From positions 7,990-71,989 of IMG/VR virus record IMGVR_UViG_3300008255_000132: a stretch of DNA of 64,000 bases, one strand, 5' to 3'. Below, one piece after another: positions 50,151 through 59,184 of this stretch. Within the stretch, counting starts at the first letter, position 1. The number at the start of each line of letters is the position of its first letter. A program made the translations under genes and the position numbers. Source of the stretch: a virus. The notes beneath the pieces were generated by a model that made no database searches, had not been told where the DNA came from, and was given only the letters and a program-made list of their open reading frames with translations.

Positions 50151-51966
50151 CACCACTTTCGGTGGTGTGTCGACACAGGTCGATCGCGGCTTGTTATTCG
50201 AACAGCTCTGTGAATTTTTCAAAGATAACGAGCAGGTCGATGATGAGGCTTGGGAGTCGCTGGATTGGTCTGGCTATAACCAGAAGGCAGAGGCTGCGGC
50301 GGAGCAGTCAGCGGACGATGCTATAGATATTGATCCAGGCCGCGCCGCCCGGGCGTTATCCGACGGCGGTATGATCCTAGCCACTATCTCGGACATGGTG
50401 GCAAACTTGCTAACTGTAGACCAGGCTCCGTTCAGTTTCGTAGGTCGCGAATACCTCCAAGGTCTGTACGACCCGGTCCAGGAGCACCCGGAAGGGTGCC
50501 GTAACCAGATTTGGCTCGCTGGCCGCCAGGTTGAGAAATCGACGACGCAGGCTGCGAAGTCGATTGTTCTCGGGGCTTTTCGTAAGAGTTACAAAACGCT
50601 GTACGTCGCACCACGGTTCGAGCAGGTCCGTGTATTCAGTCAGCAGCGCTTTAAGCCTATGTGCGAGGATAGCCCAAACTTATCGCCTTGGATTAAGCCT
50701 AGTCGAACTCTGTGGCAGGTCAGCTCCAGGGAGTTTGTCAATGGGGCCTTCTTCAACTTCCGAAGCTGTTACCTGAGTGCTGACAACGCCCGAGGTATCA
50801 CATGCCACCACCTAAATGTGGACGAGATCCAGGACATCGTGTCGGACTCTATCCCTGTCCTTGAGGAGTGCCAGAGTCACGCCACCCCGGAGCTGCGTTT
50901 TAGGTCCTATGCGGGTACACCCAAGACCACTAGTAACGTACTTAGTCGACGGTTTGATAACAGCTGCCAGTTTGAGTGGCATACGCGGTGTGATGCCTGT
51001 AACCACTGGAATTTCTTAGATGAACGGATCGTAGGTAATAACAGCTTCGTCTGCGCGCGCTGCGACCGGGAGATTAACCCCAAGAAGGGGCAATTCATCC
51101 CGATGAGGCCGAGTCTACTAGATAAATGCTGGGGATTCCGGATCAGCCAGCTCATGGTTCCGTTCCAGACCCACGCTGATATCATATCAAAGCGGGATGA
51201 CCCTAACTATAGCCGACAGAAGTACTTCAATGAGTGCTTAGGGCTAGCCTATGACGAGGGTCAACTGGTCCTGACCGAGGCTGTAATGGCGGAGGCCTGT
51301 AACACGGAGCCGATGCGCAGTATTGACCGTATCCGTGAGATGGCGGACCGCGGTGTCCCACTGTTCGGTGGTGTTGACTACGGTCCTGGTGAGGGTGAGA
51401 ACCCGTCATTTACTGTTCTGACTATCGGCTGGTGGCATACGTCGGGTTATTTTGAGGTTTTGTGGATGCGTCGGCTGGTCGGTAACGACTCCAACCTAGC
51501 TAGACAACCAGGTGTGATCAACAGCCTATTCACGAAGGCTGGGGTGCGCTGGACCGGGGCCGACTGGGGTTTCGGGGCTGCTATCAATGAGCAGTTAATA
51601 CAGGAGCACGGATGGCATCGGGTATCATCCAGTAGATGCCTCATGGAGTTCCAATATGGCGGCCAGCGTGAGCTTGCATCGTGGAATGATAAGGCGCGCC
51701 GGTATGTGATTGACCGGAATCAGGGCATGGAGAGGTTAATTGACGGGATACGCACAGCAAAGGTTCGGTTCTTCCGCATGGAGGAAATGGCGCCATTCGT
51801 GGATGACTTTACGACGATCTATGTCGAGTTTGATGAGCGTCGGAATACGCGTAAGTATGACCACGACCTGCCTGATGATGCGTTCCACTCTGTAAACTAC
51901 GCGTTCATGGCTGCGTGCCAATACGCTGGGCGCCTAGTCCCAACCTGGCTCACCCCCTTGTCTTAG
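50143..51966 (+). CDS. terL: Terminase large subunit
   Basis: Walker A GRQVEKST, LYVAP, ARGI..Walker B LNVDEIQD, coupling motif GTP, Zn-ribbon CDAC..CARC, nuclease GGVDYG and PDDAFHS. Confidence 0.93.
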   Translation: MGDTTFGGVSTQVDRGLLFEQLCEFFKDNEQVDDEAWESLDWSGYNQKAEAAAEQSADDAIDIDPGRAARALSDGGMILATISDMVANLLTVDQAPFSFVGREYLQGLYDPVQEHPEGCRNQIWLAGRQVEKSTTQAAKSIVLGAFRKSYKTLYVAPRFEQVRVFSQQRFKPMCEDSPNLSPWIKPSRTLWQVSSREFVNGAFFNFRSCYLSADNARGITCHHLNVDEIQDIVSDSIPVLEECQSHATPELRFRSYAGTPKTTSNVLSRRFDNSCQFEWHTRCDACNHWNFLDERIVGNNSFVCARCDREINPKKGQFIPMRPSLLDKCWGFRISQLMVPFQTHADIISKRDDPNYSRQKYFNECLGLAYDEGQLVLTEAVMAEACNTEPMRSIDRIREMADRGVPLFGGVDYGPGEGENPSFTVLTIGWWHTSGYFEVLWMRRLVGNDSNLARQPGVINSLFTKAGVRWTGADWGFGAAINEQLIQEHGWHRVSSSRCLMEFQYGGQRELASWNDKARRYVIDRNQGMERLIDGIRTAKVRFFRMEEMAPFVDDFTTIYVEFDERRNTRKYDHDLPDDAFHSVNYAFMAACQYAGRLVPTWLTPLS

Positions 51967-52165
51967 TCCGTTGTATATCGGTCACAGTAACGTGCCCTTT
52001 AGTCAAGGGTTGTGCAGCTCCGGCCTGCTTCCTACACCCAACGCGGGGCGCCTAGCCCCAATCTGGCTCACTCCCTTGTCTTAGTCCGTTGTATATCGGT
52101 CACAGTAACGTACCCTTTAGTCAAGGGTTGTGCAGCTCCGGCCTGCTTCCTACACTCAACGCTGG
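51923..52165. repeat. 118-bp tandem direct duplication
   Basis: 51923-52040 and 52041-52158 differ at 6 positions by manual alignment; the start ACGCTGG recurs at 52159-52165. Confidence 0.95.
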
Positions 52166-52204
52166 CACCCCATACCGGTACCAGCTAGCTAAGACAATAC
52201 ACGT

Positions 52205-53347
52205 ATGAACCCTGTAGCCTTATACCTCATGGCCCGCAATGCGGCTCATGACCTGATTCGGGCCAACACTCCGTTGAACCAGGGCATTGCGAAGCAGGCG
52301 ACATTGCACGGCCTGAGCCAACTACAGATACAGCGTGTGGTCGAGTCCGCGAATCACGAGGCCAACGCATTGCTACAGAAGACGGCGCAGGACAAAACAT
52401 TCAGCTTCAGTCTAGCCAGCCTAGACGGCGTCCTAGCCGCCCTGACCGCTGAAACTTCTAGTCCTGTCGTATCTTTCTCTAAGGCGGCCGCCTGTGTCGA
52501 TGCAGCGCTGGCCCCAGCCGAGTCGTTTGATGACCTGCTCGCAGCGTTCCCCGCACATAACACCGAGGTACGGGCCGCTGACCTGCGCGGTGCTGTAATC
52601 AACCTAGAGAAAGTGGCGTTACGAGCTCAGGCCTTGGGCCGGCAGGTCCTGGCCAGTCGCGTAGCGTTCACAGAGAAGGTTGCGGAGGCATTCGAAACCG
52701 TACTGGATCGGTCTAAGGATTACGTCCGCAGGGGCGGGTACCTAGCCAATATCCAGAAATACGCTCATGCAGTTGACCCTGGCTTCACAGCCGGCTGGGA
52801 CCTACTCCTGGGCCGGGTCCGTGATGAGATGCTGAAGCTTGGTCACCCTTTCACAGGGGAGCTGGCACCGGCGCTGGAGCTGACAGGCGACCGGGTTGAT
52901 CGCCCCGGTGGGCCGTTATTAGTTCCGATGGTAATCCAGATCGCAAACGGTCGTCATCAGCTAGCCGGCGAGCTCCAGCAGCTCAGAGATGGTATCTCAG
53001 TTATGGATCGCATGTCAGATCGGACCCGCGCGATTGATAACTTCATGACTAGCATCCGCGTGGCGCAGCGCCTGATCCGGGATAACGACGATGTTGATGT
53101 CTCGATATGCAAGCAGGCTGCGCACCTGGCTGAGCTTCCGGATCCAAAGCTTGCTGAGTATATCGAGAAGTCGGCCAATGACTCGAGCACAAAAGCTACG
53201 ATCGCAGCCAAAGGAGCTGTAGGCGCTGTAGTGGATCGCGCGGGTAAGGCCAGTATCAAAGCCGTAGTCAAGCGCGGCACCAGCGACTGGATCCCGGGTG
53301 CCTTTGTAGGTCCTGGGACATCAGCTGTGTATCGGAGCAAGTCGTGA
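52205..53347 (+). CDS. Helical head-module protein with about 10 KxA sites (putative prohead core/scaffold)
   Basis: LNQGIAKQAT..QIQRVVESAN motif; LQKTAQ, FSKAAA, LEKVAL, TEKVAE, IQKYAH, ICKQAA, IEKSAN. Confidence 0.65.
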   Translation: MNPVALYLMARNAAHDLIRANTPLNQGIAKQATLHGLSQLQIQRVVESANHEANALLQKTAQDKTFSFSLASLDGVLAALTAETSSPVVSFSKAAACVDAALAPAESFDDLLAAFPAHNTEVRAADLRGAVINLEKVALRAQALGRQVLASRVAFTEKVAEAFETVLDRSKDYVRRGGYLANIQKYAHAVDPGFTAGWDLLLGRVRDEMLKLGHPFTGELAPALELTGDRVDRPGGPLLVPMVIQIANGRHQLAGELQQLRDGISVMDRMSDRTRAIDNFMTSIRVAQRLIRDNDDVDVSICKQAAHLAELPDPKLAEYIEKSANDSSTKATIAAKGAVGAVVDRAGKASIKAVVKRGTSDWIPGAFVGPGTSAVYRSKS

Positions 53348-54108
53348 ATAATATCCTAACTAAGTTCGCGGGTGTCTATGGCGGGCCCCTGAATCCCGAG
53401 GAGCAGCGAGATGTTAGCATCTTCGCGCTCCAGGTGATCAAATCAGCCTCAGCCGGTGATGGTGCGACACTGACCAACTTGATCAAGACGGCTGCGGCCC
53501 AGATCACGGATGTCGATGACTACGAGGCCTTGATGGGTCTTCTCGATCACATTGAGAAGGAAGGCTCGTTTGATTACAAGAAGGCTCTGATGTACGGACT
53601 ACCAGTAGTGGCTGCTGGACTAAGCGCGGCCCCGGCCGTCGCGTCCGCGGTCATGGGCAGAGGCCGTCGTGATAATATCGAACGTAGCCGGATTCAGGTT
53701 CTTAGAGAGCACCCTGAGCTACAAGGGGATACCGATTTCAACCGGTACTTCGACACGATCAAACGTTTCGCGCCAGATGTAGCCGCGGATCCGCTTGTAG
53801 CTGGCAACATTATGATCGAGATGCATCGACTAGGCCCGGCGGCAATGACACCGACCAGGATCAACGAGCTCCTCGGACTCCAGGGTAGGCTGGGTGATCT
53901 ATCTAAGGTCATCCCGGATCAGATTGCGTCGATCGGTACCGGTATTTCCGGTGGTGTACGGATGTACGGCGATACCCGTAAGCTATTTGCTAGTAAGCCG
54001 GGCCTGGGCGATCCGGCGGTACCTACCGGAATCAACGCGGCGCCAAGACTTAAGAAAGACCCCTGGGAGTTTTACAAAGAACCTAGCCTGGGCCCGACGA
54101 GCACCTGA
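53344..54108 (+). CDS. KxA-motif protein with hydrophobic helix
   Basis: LTKFAG, VIKSAS, LIKTAA, IEKEGS, then YGLPVVAAGLSAAPAVASAVM and FDTIKRFAPDVAADPLVAG. Confidence 0.65.
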   Translation: MNNILTKFAGVYGGPLNPEEQRDVSIFALQVIKSASAGDGATLTNLIKTAAAQITDVDDYEALMGLLDHIEKEGSFDYKKALMYGLPVVAAGLSAAPAVASAVMGRGRRDNIERSRIQVLREHPELQGDTDFNRYFDTIKRFAPDVAADPLVAGNIMIEMHRLGPAAMTPTRINELLGLQGRLGDLSKVIPDQIASIGTGISGGVRMYGDTRKLFASKPGLGDPAVPTGINAAPRLKKDPWEFYKEPSLGPTST

Positions 54109-54338
54109 TGTCAACGCAATACACCGTACACCAAGCCCCGTCTACGAAGGCGTCATTCAGGTTGATGAATAACGACTCTTCAAGGCTCGGCCAGCTTAAG
54201 GACAAGGAGCTATCAGACGAGGACAGTCGCGGCCCAATCCTGGATAAACAGACCCGTGTCAAACCAGTCGCACACCGGCACAGTAAATATGCAGCCCTAT
54301 TAGAGGCCATTGTCTTAGGGACGACCCGATCGAGATGA
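54108..54338 (+). CDS. Small hypothetical protein
   Basis: 76 aa; TGATG and ATGA coupling at the two ends. Confidence 0.5.
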   Translation: MSTQYTVHQAPSTKASFRLMNNDSSRLGQLKDKELSDEDSRGPILDKQTRVKPVAHRHSKYAALLEAIVLGTTRSR

Positions 54339-55750
54339 GCAACCTTGCTCTAGAGAAATACCTAACCGCAGGTGACTACGCAGCCGCCGGGTGGGGCCCG
54401 AGCTATGTAGCGGTACACAGCGGACTGCTCGAAAAGGTGGCTGGCGATTTGTACACGCCACAGACTCTGGTCAACGTGATCTCTAAGCTGCGCGCCCGCC
54501 CGGAGGGTCGGTATATCCTGCTGCATGCTATCGGGGCTTACGAATATTGGGGTGCGAACCGAAACGGGGACGCATTCCCAGAATGGAGCTTACGCTCAAT
54601 GGCACCGCCTAAGTCGGCGCAGGCGGTGCTTGACGGCCCGGTTAAGAAGTCCTGCCCAGATTTCCGGACACCATCGACTACTTACTATGGGTGCTCGACC
54701 TTTGTCCAGTTTGCGCACGTGTACCGCGGTCACGCGAATCAGGACCCACTCAGAGCTTGTGGCGATGTGATTGCCGCAGCCTACAACCAGCGGATGCACA
54801 GGATCGAGCTGATTGTGTTTGTGTACACGTCCCGTGCACCTGATATTGTGGATAGAATCGACCGGTACCAGCCCGTTGCTTGGTCAATGGGTGCGAAACT
54901 GCCTTTCGATATTTGCTCTATCTGTGGTAACGTGGCGCGGACCCGGGCTCAGTACTGCGATCACTTAAGTCGCGAGTTGTGCTCGGTTTACCCTGATGGC
55001 CGGAAGGTCTTTAGCTACAATTTCTTCCCCAGATTCTTTGACATTAGTGAGGTCAGTGTTCCGGCTGATCGCAGCGCCTGGACCCTGGCCAAGGTGGCCA
55101 GTGTCATCCCAACGCCTGCATTACCGTCACTTCAGTTTATATCTAAGACGGCCATAATTGAGAAGCAGCCTGACGCTATGCGGGCCCGTAACTTGGGTCA
55201 AGCGCCGATCGATCCTGAGCTCCTGAGTTTTATGCGGAGCGCGGTCCTGCTTGATCACGTCGCTTTTGAGGAGCTCCCAGATGCGCAGCTACAGGCCATG
55301 AAGCGGCACAGCCTGGCCGACAGCCTGGCAGCCAGTGCTTTGATGGGGCTTATTCTACACCCATCTGAAGTCGAGAAACTGGCGTCGGATCCAGCACAAC
55401 TACCGAACCGCCTTGAGTTTGCGGTGGTTGACCGCACACTGATGGAAAGCTTCGGCTCTGTTTTACAGAGTCGATCGTTGTTCGAGCCCTTCATTACGAA
55501 GCGCGCGGCACGACGTCTGATCAAACAGGCGGCTCCGATCTTTACAAAAAATAAGCAATCACCGGTGTTCGAGAAGTACGCTGAGCTCATCAGGTCTATG
55601 GACTTGAGCAAATGGGCTCACGTGATCGAGTCGGATCCGGTTGTTCGTCTCGCCATCGACCCGGACGCGCTGGCAACAGCGTGGACTGGGCATAGCGGGG
55701 CTCATCCTCCGTGGCTGCCTTTTGTAGTCGGCGCGGCAAACATCCTCTAG
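54335..55750 (+). CDS. Prohead (capsid maturation) protease with Zn-finger and C-terminal extension
   Basis: NRNGDAFP, HVYRGHAN (candidate catalytic His, 54731), WSMG (candidate Ser, 54884), CSICGN..CDH, FFDISEVSVPAD. Lies between terminase and capsid. Confidence 0.75.
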   Translation: MSNLALEKYLTAGDYAAAGWGPSYVAVHSGLLEKVAGDLYTPQTLVNVISKLRARPEGRYILLHAIGAYEYWGANRNGDAFPEWSLRSMAPPKSAQAVLDGPVKKSCPDFRTPSTTYYGCSTFVQFAHVYRGHANQDPLRACGDVIAAAYNQRMHRIELIVFVYTSRAPDIVDRIDRYQPVAWSMGAKLPFDICSICGNVARTRAQYCDHLSRELCSVYPDGRKVFSYNFFPRFFDISEVSVPADRSAWTLAKVASVIPTPALPSLQFISKTAIIEKQPDAMRARNLGQAPIDPELLSFMRSAVLLDHVAFEELPDAQLQAMKRHSLADSLAASALMGLILHPSEVEKLASDPAQLPNRLEFAVVDRTLMESFGSVLQSRSLFEPFITKRAARRLIKQAAPIFTKNKQSPVFEKYAELIRSMDLSKWAHVIESDPVVRLAIDPDALATAWTGHSGAHPPWLPFVVGAANIL

Positions 55751-55763
55751 CTAGACTTAACTC

Positions 55764-56144
55764 ATGAGCCTGAAACTTGACCTCGACGCGCTGTTCCAGC
55801 ATGTCACCAGCGGGGGTGCTGACATTAGCAAGACCGCCGGAATCCATAGAGAATCTGATACTGACGACATGGCAAAACTTGCGGAAGAGCTGCACGCTGG
55901 CGGTGAGATCTTTGGCAAAGCCGCGGCCGACCGCATTCTAGCCAAGTTGGCAGAGTGTGTCTCGGCCGGCGGCGGCGGTGTCGAGCCCCGCTCGGCTGCT
56001 GAGCAGATCGCAGAGGCTATCGCCAAGGCCAAGGGCAAGGTTTCGGCCACGCCCGGCGATGACACATCTATCCGTGCCGAAGCGAACCCGACCCCGGGAG
56101 CTAAGGGTGTCGCCAACGCCGCCACCGCTCTCGGTCAACGCTAA
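55764..56144 (+). CDS. Scaffold-like Ala-rich protein with KxA sites
   Basis: ISKTAG, MAKLAE, FGKAAA, LAKLAE. Confidence 0.65.
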   Translation: MSLKLDLDALFQHVTSGGADISKTAGIHRESDTDDMAKLAEELHAGGEIFGKAAADRILAKLAECVSAGGGGVEPRSAAEQIAEAIAKAKGKVSATPGDDTSIRAEANPTPGAKGVANAATALGQR

Positions 56145-56163
56145 GCCCTGACCAATAATTACC

Positions 56164-56625
56164 ATGAAGACCCTCAAAGATATTCGAGATGCCGCGGATG
56201 CGGCTGAGTACCAAGTCAAGCTGGCCGCGGTAGCCGAAGCCTATGGAGGCGATGCTGAGTGCCTGGCCTTGCTAGATGAGGCCATTGACCTCGTCAAGCA
56301 GGCTGAAGAAGCTGGTGAGATTGCCCCAACTACGGAATCCGGTATGCTGACCGTCGCAGTCCAGCTTGTTGAAGACTATCTGGATAAGATGGCCGCGGAT
56401 GCCGATTTCGACGAATCCGACGACACTCTTGACGACATCAGTCTAGACAAGGAGGCGGCCGCTCATGTTACGGCGCTCGGAGAAGCCGCTGCTCAGATTT
56501 TGGCGTCACGCGGTATCACTCAAGAGGATCTCGACAAAGTAGCCTCAGATAGTGAGATGCGCGATATCGGCGAGTATGTGGCGTGTGCCTTGCTCGACTC
56601 GTTCGCTACGGACGGCGAGAATTAA
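56164..56625 (+). CDS. Acidic scaffold-like protein with KxA sites
   Basis: QVKLAA, LVKQAE, LDKMAA, LDKEAA, LDKVAS; almost every Lys falls within the motif. Confidence 0.7.
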   Translation: MKTLKDIRDAADAAEYQVKLAAVAEAYGGDAECLALLDEAIDLVKQAEEAGEIAPTTESGMLTVAVQLVEDYLDKMAADADFDESDDTLDDISLDKEAAAHVTALGEAAAQILASRGITQEDLDKVASDSEMRDIGEYVACALLDSFATDGEN

Positions 56626-56628
56626 CTA

Positions 56629-56844
56629 ATGCTTAGCACCTCGTTGGTGGAGCTATTTCTCACGGCGGCACTCGCGGATCGTGAGGATGAATCCCAGGTC
56701 AAGGCAGCGTCGGCCGATACGGCTGAGTTACTTGATCACATCGACGAGGCGCTTGGTGAGCCGACCTACCGGATCGAGAAGCGGGCTAGTCGTCTTGGTG
56801 TAGCCAAGATTATGGCTGCTATCGACATTTTGGCTAATAACTGA
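56629..56844 (+). CDS. Small KxA-motif protein
   Basis: 71 aa; QVKAAS, IEKRAS; 3-nt gaps on both sides. Confidence 0.6.
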   Translation: MLSTSLVELFLTAALADREDESQVKAASADTAELLDHIDEALGEPTYRIEKRASRLGVAKIMAAIDILANN

Positions 56845-56847
56845 ACC

Positions 56848-57216
56848 GTGACTTCTGCAAAGGACCTGAAGGATCTACTACGGAGCGCCCGAGACGTCCT
56901 AATCAAACAGGCGGCCGAGCGTGACGCAGCGGTGTCCGAGACGGCTAGGCTCGAGACCGAGAACGGCGTGTTACACGACGTGCTTGGGCTCGTTGGCACG
57001 GGTCTGATCGACCCAGATGATGTCACTACTAAACTCGCCGAGTTCCTGTTGAATCCGGCGCAACTCACCATTATCAAGCAGGCATCAGATGCTGGGTTCG
57101 TGGTTTCCGCGCACCTAGGGAAGCTGGCCGGTACCGACCCCACACAGGGTTCGGGGTCGTCTAGCACACCTGAATCCCGCCTGGCGAGTCGTCTCCAAAG
57201 CATCGTAAACGAGTAA
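56848..57216 (+). CDS. Coiled-coil scaffold-like protein with KxA sites
   Basis: GTG start; LIKQAA, TTKLAE, IIKQAS, LGKLAG. Confidence 0.65.
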   Translation: MTSAKDLKDLLRSARDVLIKQAAERDAAVSETARLETENGVLHDVLGLVGTGLIDPDDVTTKLAEFLLNPAQLTIIKQASDAGFVVSAHLGKLAGTDPTQGSGSSSTPESRLASRLQSIVNE

Positions 57217-57221
57217 TAACC

Positions 57222-57719
57222 ATGGTCCGTAAGACTCAATCCACTGTCGCGCTCAACGCGAAGATCTCCAGCGTAAACCTGCAAGCAATCCCCACCGACG
57301 GATCGGCGTCGTTTGCCGAGGGCGCCCCCCTGGCTCGGGACTCCACGACTTACAAGGCGATCGCCCCCACGGGTGGGGACACGTACCAAGCCGTGTATGT
57401 CAACTATGTCGACTCGGCTCGGTCCGATATCACGTTCACCCAAGGCGACCCATCGGGCGACGCCACCGCTCCGAGCCGCTCGATTCAGAGCGGCGGTTTG
57501 ACCGGCATCATCGGTAACGGTTGTGAAATTGGGATGCCAGCTGGCGCCTGGACCGGCGGTGTACTACCCGACGTAGGCCAAATGGTTCAGGTTAACGCCA
57601 GTACCAAGCTGTTCGGCGGTGTCAGCCCGGCCGCAACCATGAGTCACGGCATCGTGACTCGAAAGGAGCAAGGCTACGCCTTCTTCCTCTTCTATTCGGT
57701 TCCGTCTAACGGTGCCTAA
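57222..57719 (+). CDS. Capsid decoration/cement protein (putative)
   Basis: 165-aa beta-rich protein immediately upstream of the major capsid gene, with high-GC3 codon usage. Confidence 0.6.
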   Translation: MVRKTQSTVALNAKISSVNLQAIPTDGSASFAEGAPLARDSTTYKAIAPTGGDTYQAVYVNYVDSARSDITFTQGDPSGDATAPSRSIQSGGLTGIIGNGCEIGMPAGAWTGGVLPDVGQMVQVNASTKLFGGVSPAATMSHGIVTRKEQGYAFFLFYSVPSNGA

Positions 57720-57759
57720 TTCTGATTGACCTTAGCCACATCTGGGGCTTGGGTCTCTG

Positions 57760-57827
57760 TTCGCTTCTTTCTCTTTCTCTTTCTCTCCACTCTCACCACG
57801 ACAACCTCACACGAGGTGCACTGAACA
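57760..57827 (+). promoter_or_regulatory. Major capsid leader: pyrimidine tract plus hairpin-embedded Shine-Dalgarno
   Basis: Repeated TTCTCT tract, then ACCTC-ACAC-GAGGT (57804-57817). GAGGTG ends 9 nt before the ATG. Confidence 0.55.
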
Positions 57828-59093
57828 ATGGACACCATCAATACAACTGAGTTCAACGCGCTCTTCGGGGAAGCTCTTGGCCGAGGCGGGGATTCGCTGG
57901 ACAAGGTGGCTGCTGTCACCGGCTTGTACATTCAAGACAAGCTTCGCGAGGCCTCCTTCGCCCGTAAGCTCCTACCTCCGCAGACCGTCACAACGGCCGA
58001 GTTGACCCGCAACACGACCGACGAGGGTCTGGTCTACATCGACGATATCGAGCCGGATTCTTTGGCCATGCAGGTCAACTGGCGCGGCGAGCCGAGCAAG
58101 ACCTACATCGAAGGTAAGCGCTATGCGATCAAGATTAGCACGGTGACTTCTGACAAGTTCACCAAATCGATCCAAGAGCTGCGTTCCTACCGCATGCCGA
58201 TCGTGCGGGTCATCGAGCAGAACACGGTCAAGGATATCCAGGAGACGCAGGACCGGGTCTTCATGGAGCACGTCCGTGTTGCGCTAATGCTCGGCACCCG
58301 CCGGCGCATGAACGACCTAATCGACAGGGGCACGGTCACGCACACCGGTGATAACGCCTTGAACTCGACCACGGGTCACAACTTTGCGTCAGAGTATGAC
58401 TTCGCGTCGTACCTGTTTACGCGCAATGTCGACGATGCTGGCGGCGTTGGGGGCTTGAGCGCCACGACCCCGTCCCCGACGTCCCCGGGCGCGCGCGGCT
58501 GGGGCATGGCCGCGACGTCGGATGCGAACTATAACCCGGCGACGGGTCAGTTCTCGAACATCATCCTTACCGAAGAGACTGAATTCGGTCGCGCCGTGCT
58601 GCGTGATGCAATCAGGGTCCAGTCCTCGCGTGAGATGAAGGCACGCTGCTTCCTCCTGCATGAGTTCGACTGGAATGCGACGGTTGGCTGGCTTGACTCA
58701 GAGGCGGGCCTCGAGGTCACGTCCGAGATCGTCCGCGACGGGTACAAGTACTCGACCGTGGGCGGCTACACCTTCGTAACCACGGTCCGCGACAACCCGG
58801 ATATCCTGCTACCGGGCCAGATCTACACGTTCCCTAGCCCGGAGTTCCTGGGCCGCTTCCTCCTCCTTGACGGGACGCAGTTCTACATCAACAAGGAGGG
58901 GCGTTTCATGAGCATGGAGGCCTGGGAAGATAGCGGCGTCGGTTTCGGCAACATCAAGGGTGTCGGTCTCGTGCTGCTGTCTGGTGCCGAAGTCACGCTC
59001 CCCGCGATCTGGCAGAACTCCGCCGGTACTGACCTGGATGTGACCAGCACCTTCCGCCTGGTCAACGACGTGGCGGCGCCTATCGGTGCCTGA
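57828..59093 (+). CDS. Major capsid protein (HK97-fold, putative)
   Basis: YIQDKLREASFARKLLPP, IDDIEPDS, DIQETQDRVFM, E-D-S-G-V-G-F-G-N C-terminal strand. Position after protease, scaffold and decoration genes; strongest codon bias in the window. Confidence 0.85.
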   Translation: MDTINTTEFNALFGEALGRGGDSLDKVAAVTGLYIQDKLREASFARKLLPPQTVTTAELTRNTTDEGLVYIDDIEPDSLAMQVNWRGEPSKTYIEGKRYAIKISTVTSDKFTKSIQELRSYRMPIVRVIEQNTVKDIQETQDRVFMEHVRVALMLGTRRRMNDLIDRGTVTHTGDNALNSTTGHNFASEYDFASYLFTRNVDDAGGVGGLSATTPSPTSPGARGWGMAATSDANYNPATGQFSNIILTEETEFGRAVLRDAIRVQSSREMKARCFLLHEFDWNATVGWLDSEAGLEVTSEIVRDGYKYSTVGGYTFVTTVRDNPDILLPGQIYTFPSPEFLGRFLLLDGTQFYINKEGRFMSMEAWEDSGVGFGNIKGVGLVLLSGAEVTLPAIWQNSAGTDLDVTSTFRLVNDVAAPIGA

Positions 59094-59126
59094 TTTGACG
59101 CCAGCCGGTAACGGTTGACAATACTG

Positions 59127-59160
59127 AGGCTTCGATGGGCGACTAAACCCATCGAAGCCT
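59127..59160 (+). terminator. Perfect 13-bp stem-loop after the capsid gene
   Basis: AGGCTTCGATGGG-cgactaaa-CCCATCGAAGCCT; no downstream U-tract. Confidence 0.6.
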
Positions 59161-59184
59161 ACCATCCAACCAGGACGTATCGCT

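Noticed and set aside
38575-51966. Inteins or introns in RNAP or terminase
   Set aside because: Conserved motifs are colinear, with no large insertions or splice-junction signatures seen.
51923-52158. Diversity-generating retroelement VR/TR pair at the terL 3' end
   Set aside because: Differences are not confined to adenines of one copy on either strand, and no reverse transcriptase was seen.
51923-52165. CRISPR array
   Set aside because: Only two long adjacent copies, with no spacers and no cas genes.
59115-59145. Sigma70 promoter at TTGACA
   Set aside because: No -10 hexamer at the 16-18 nt spacing; that position falls within the hairpin.
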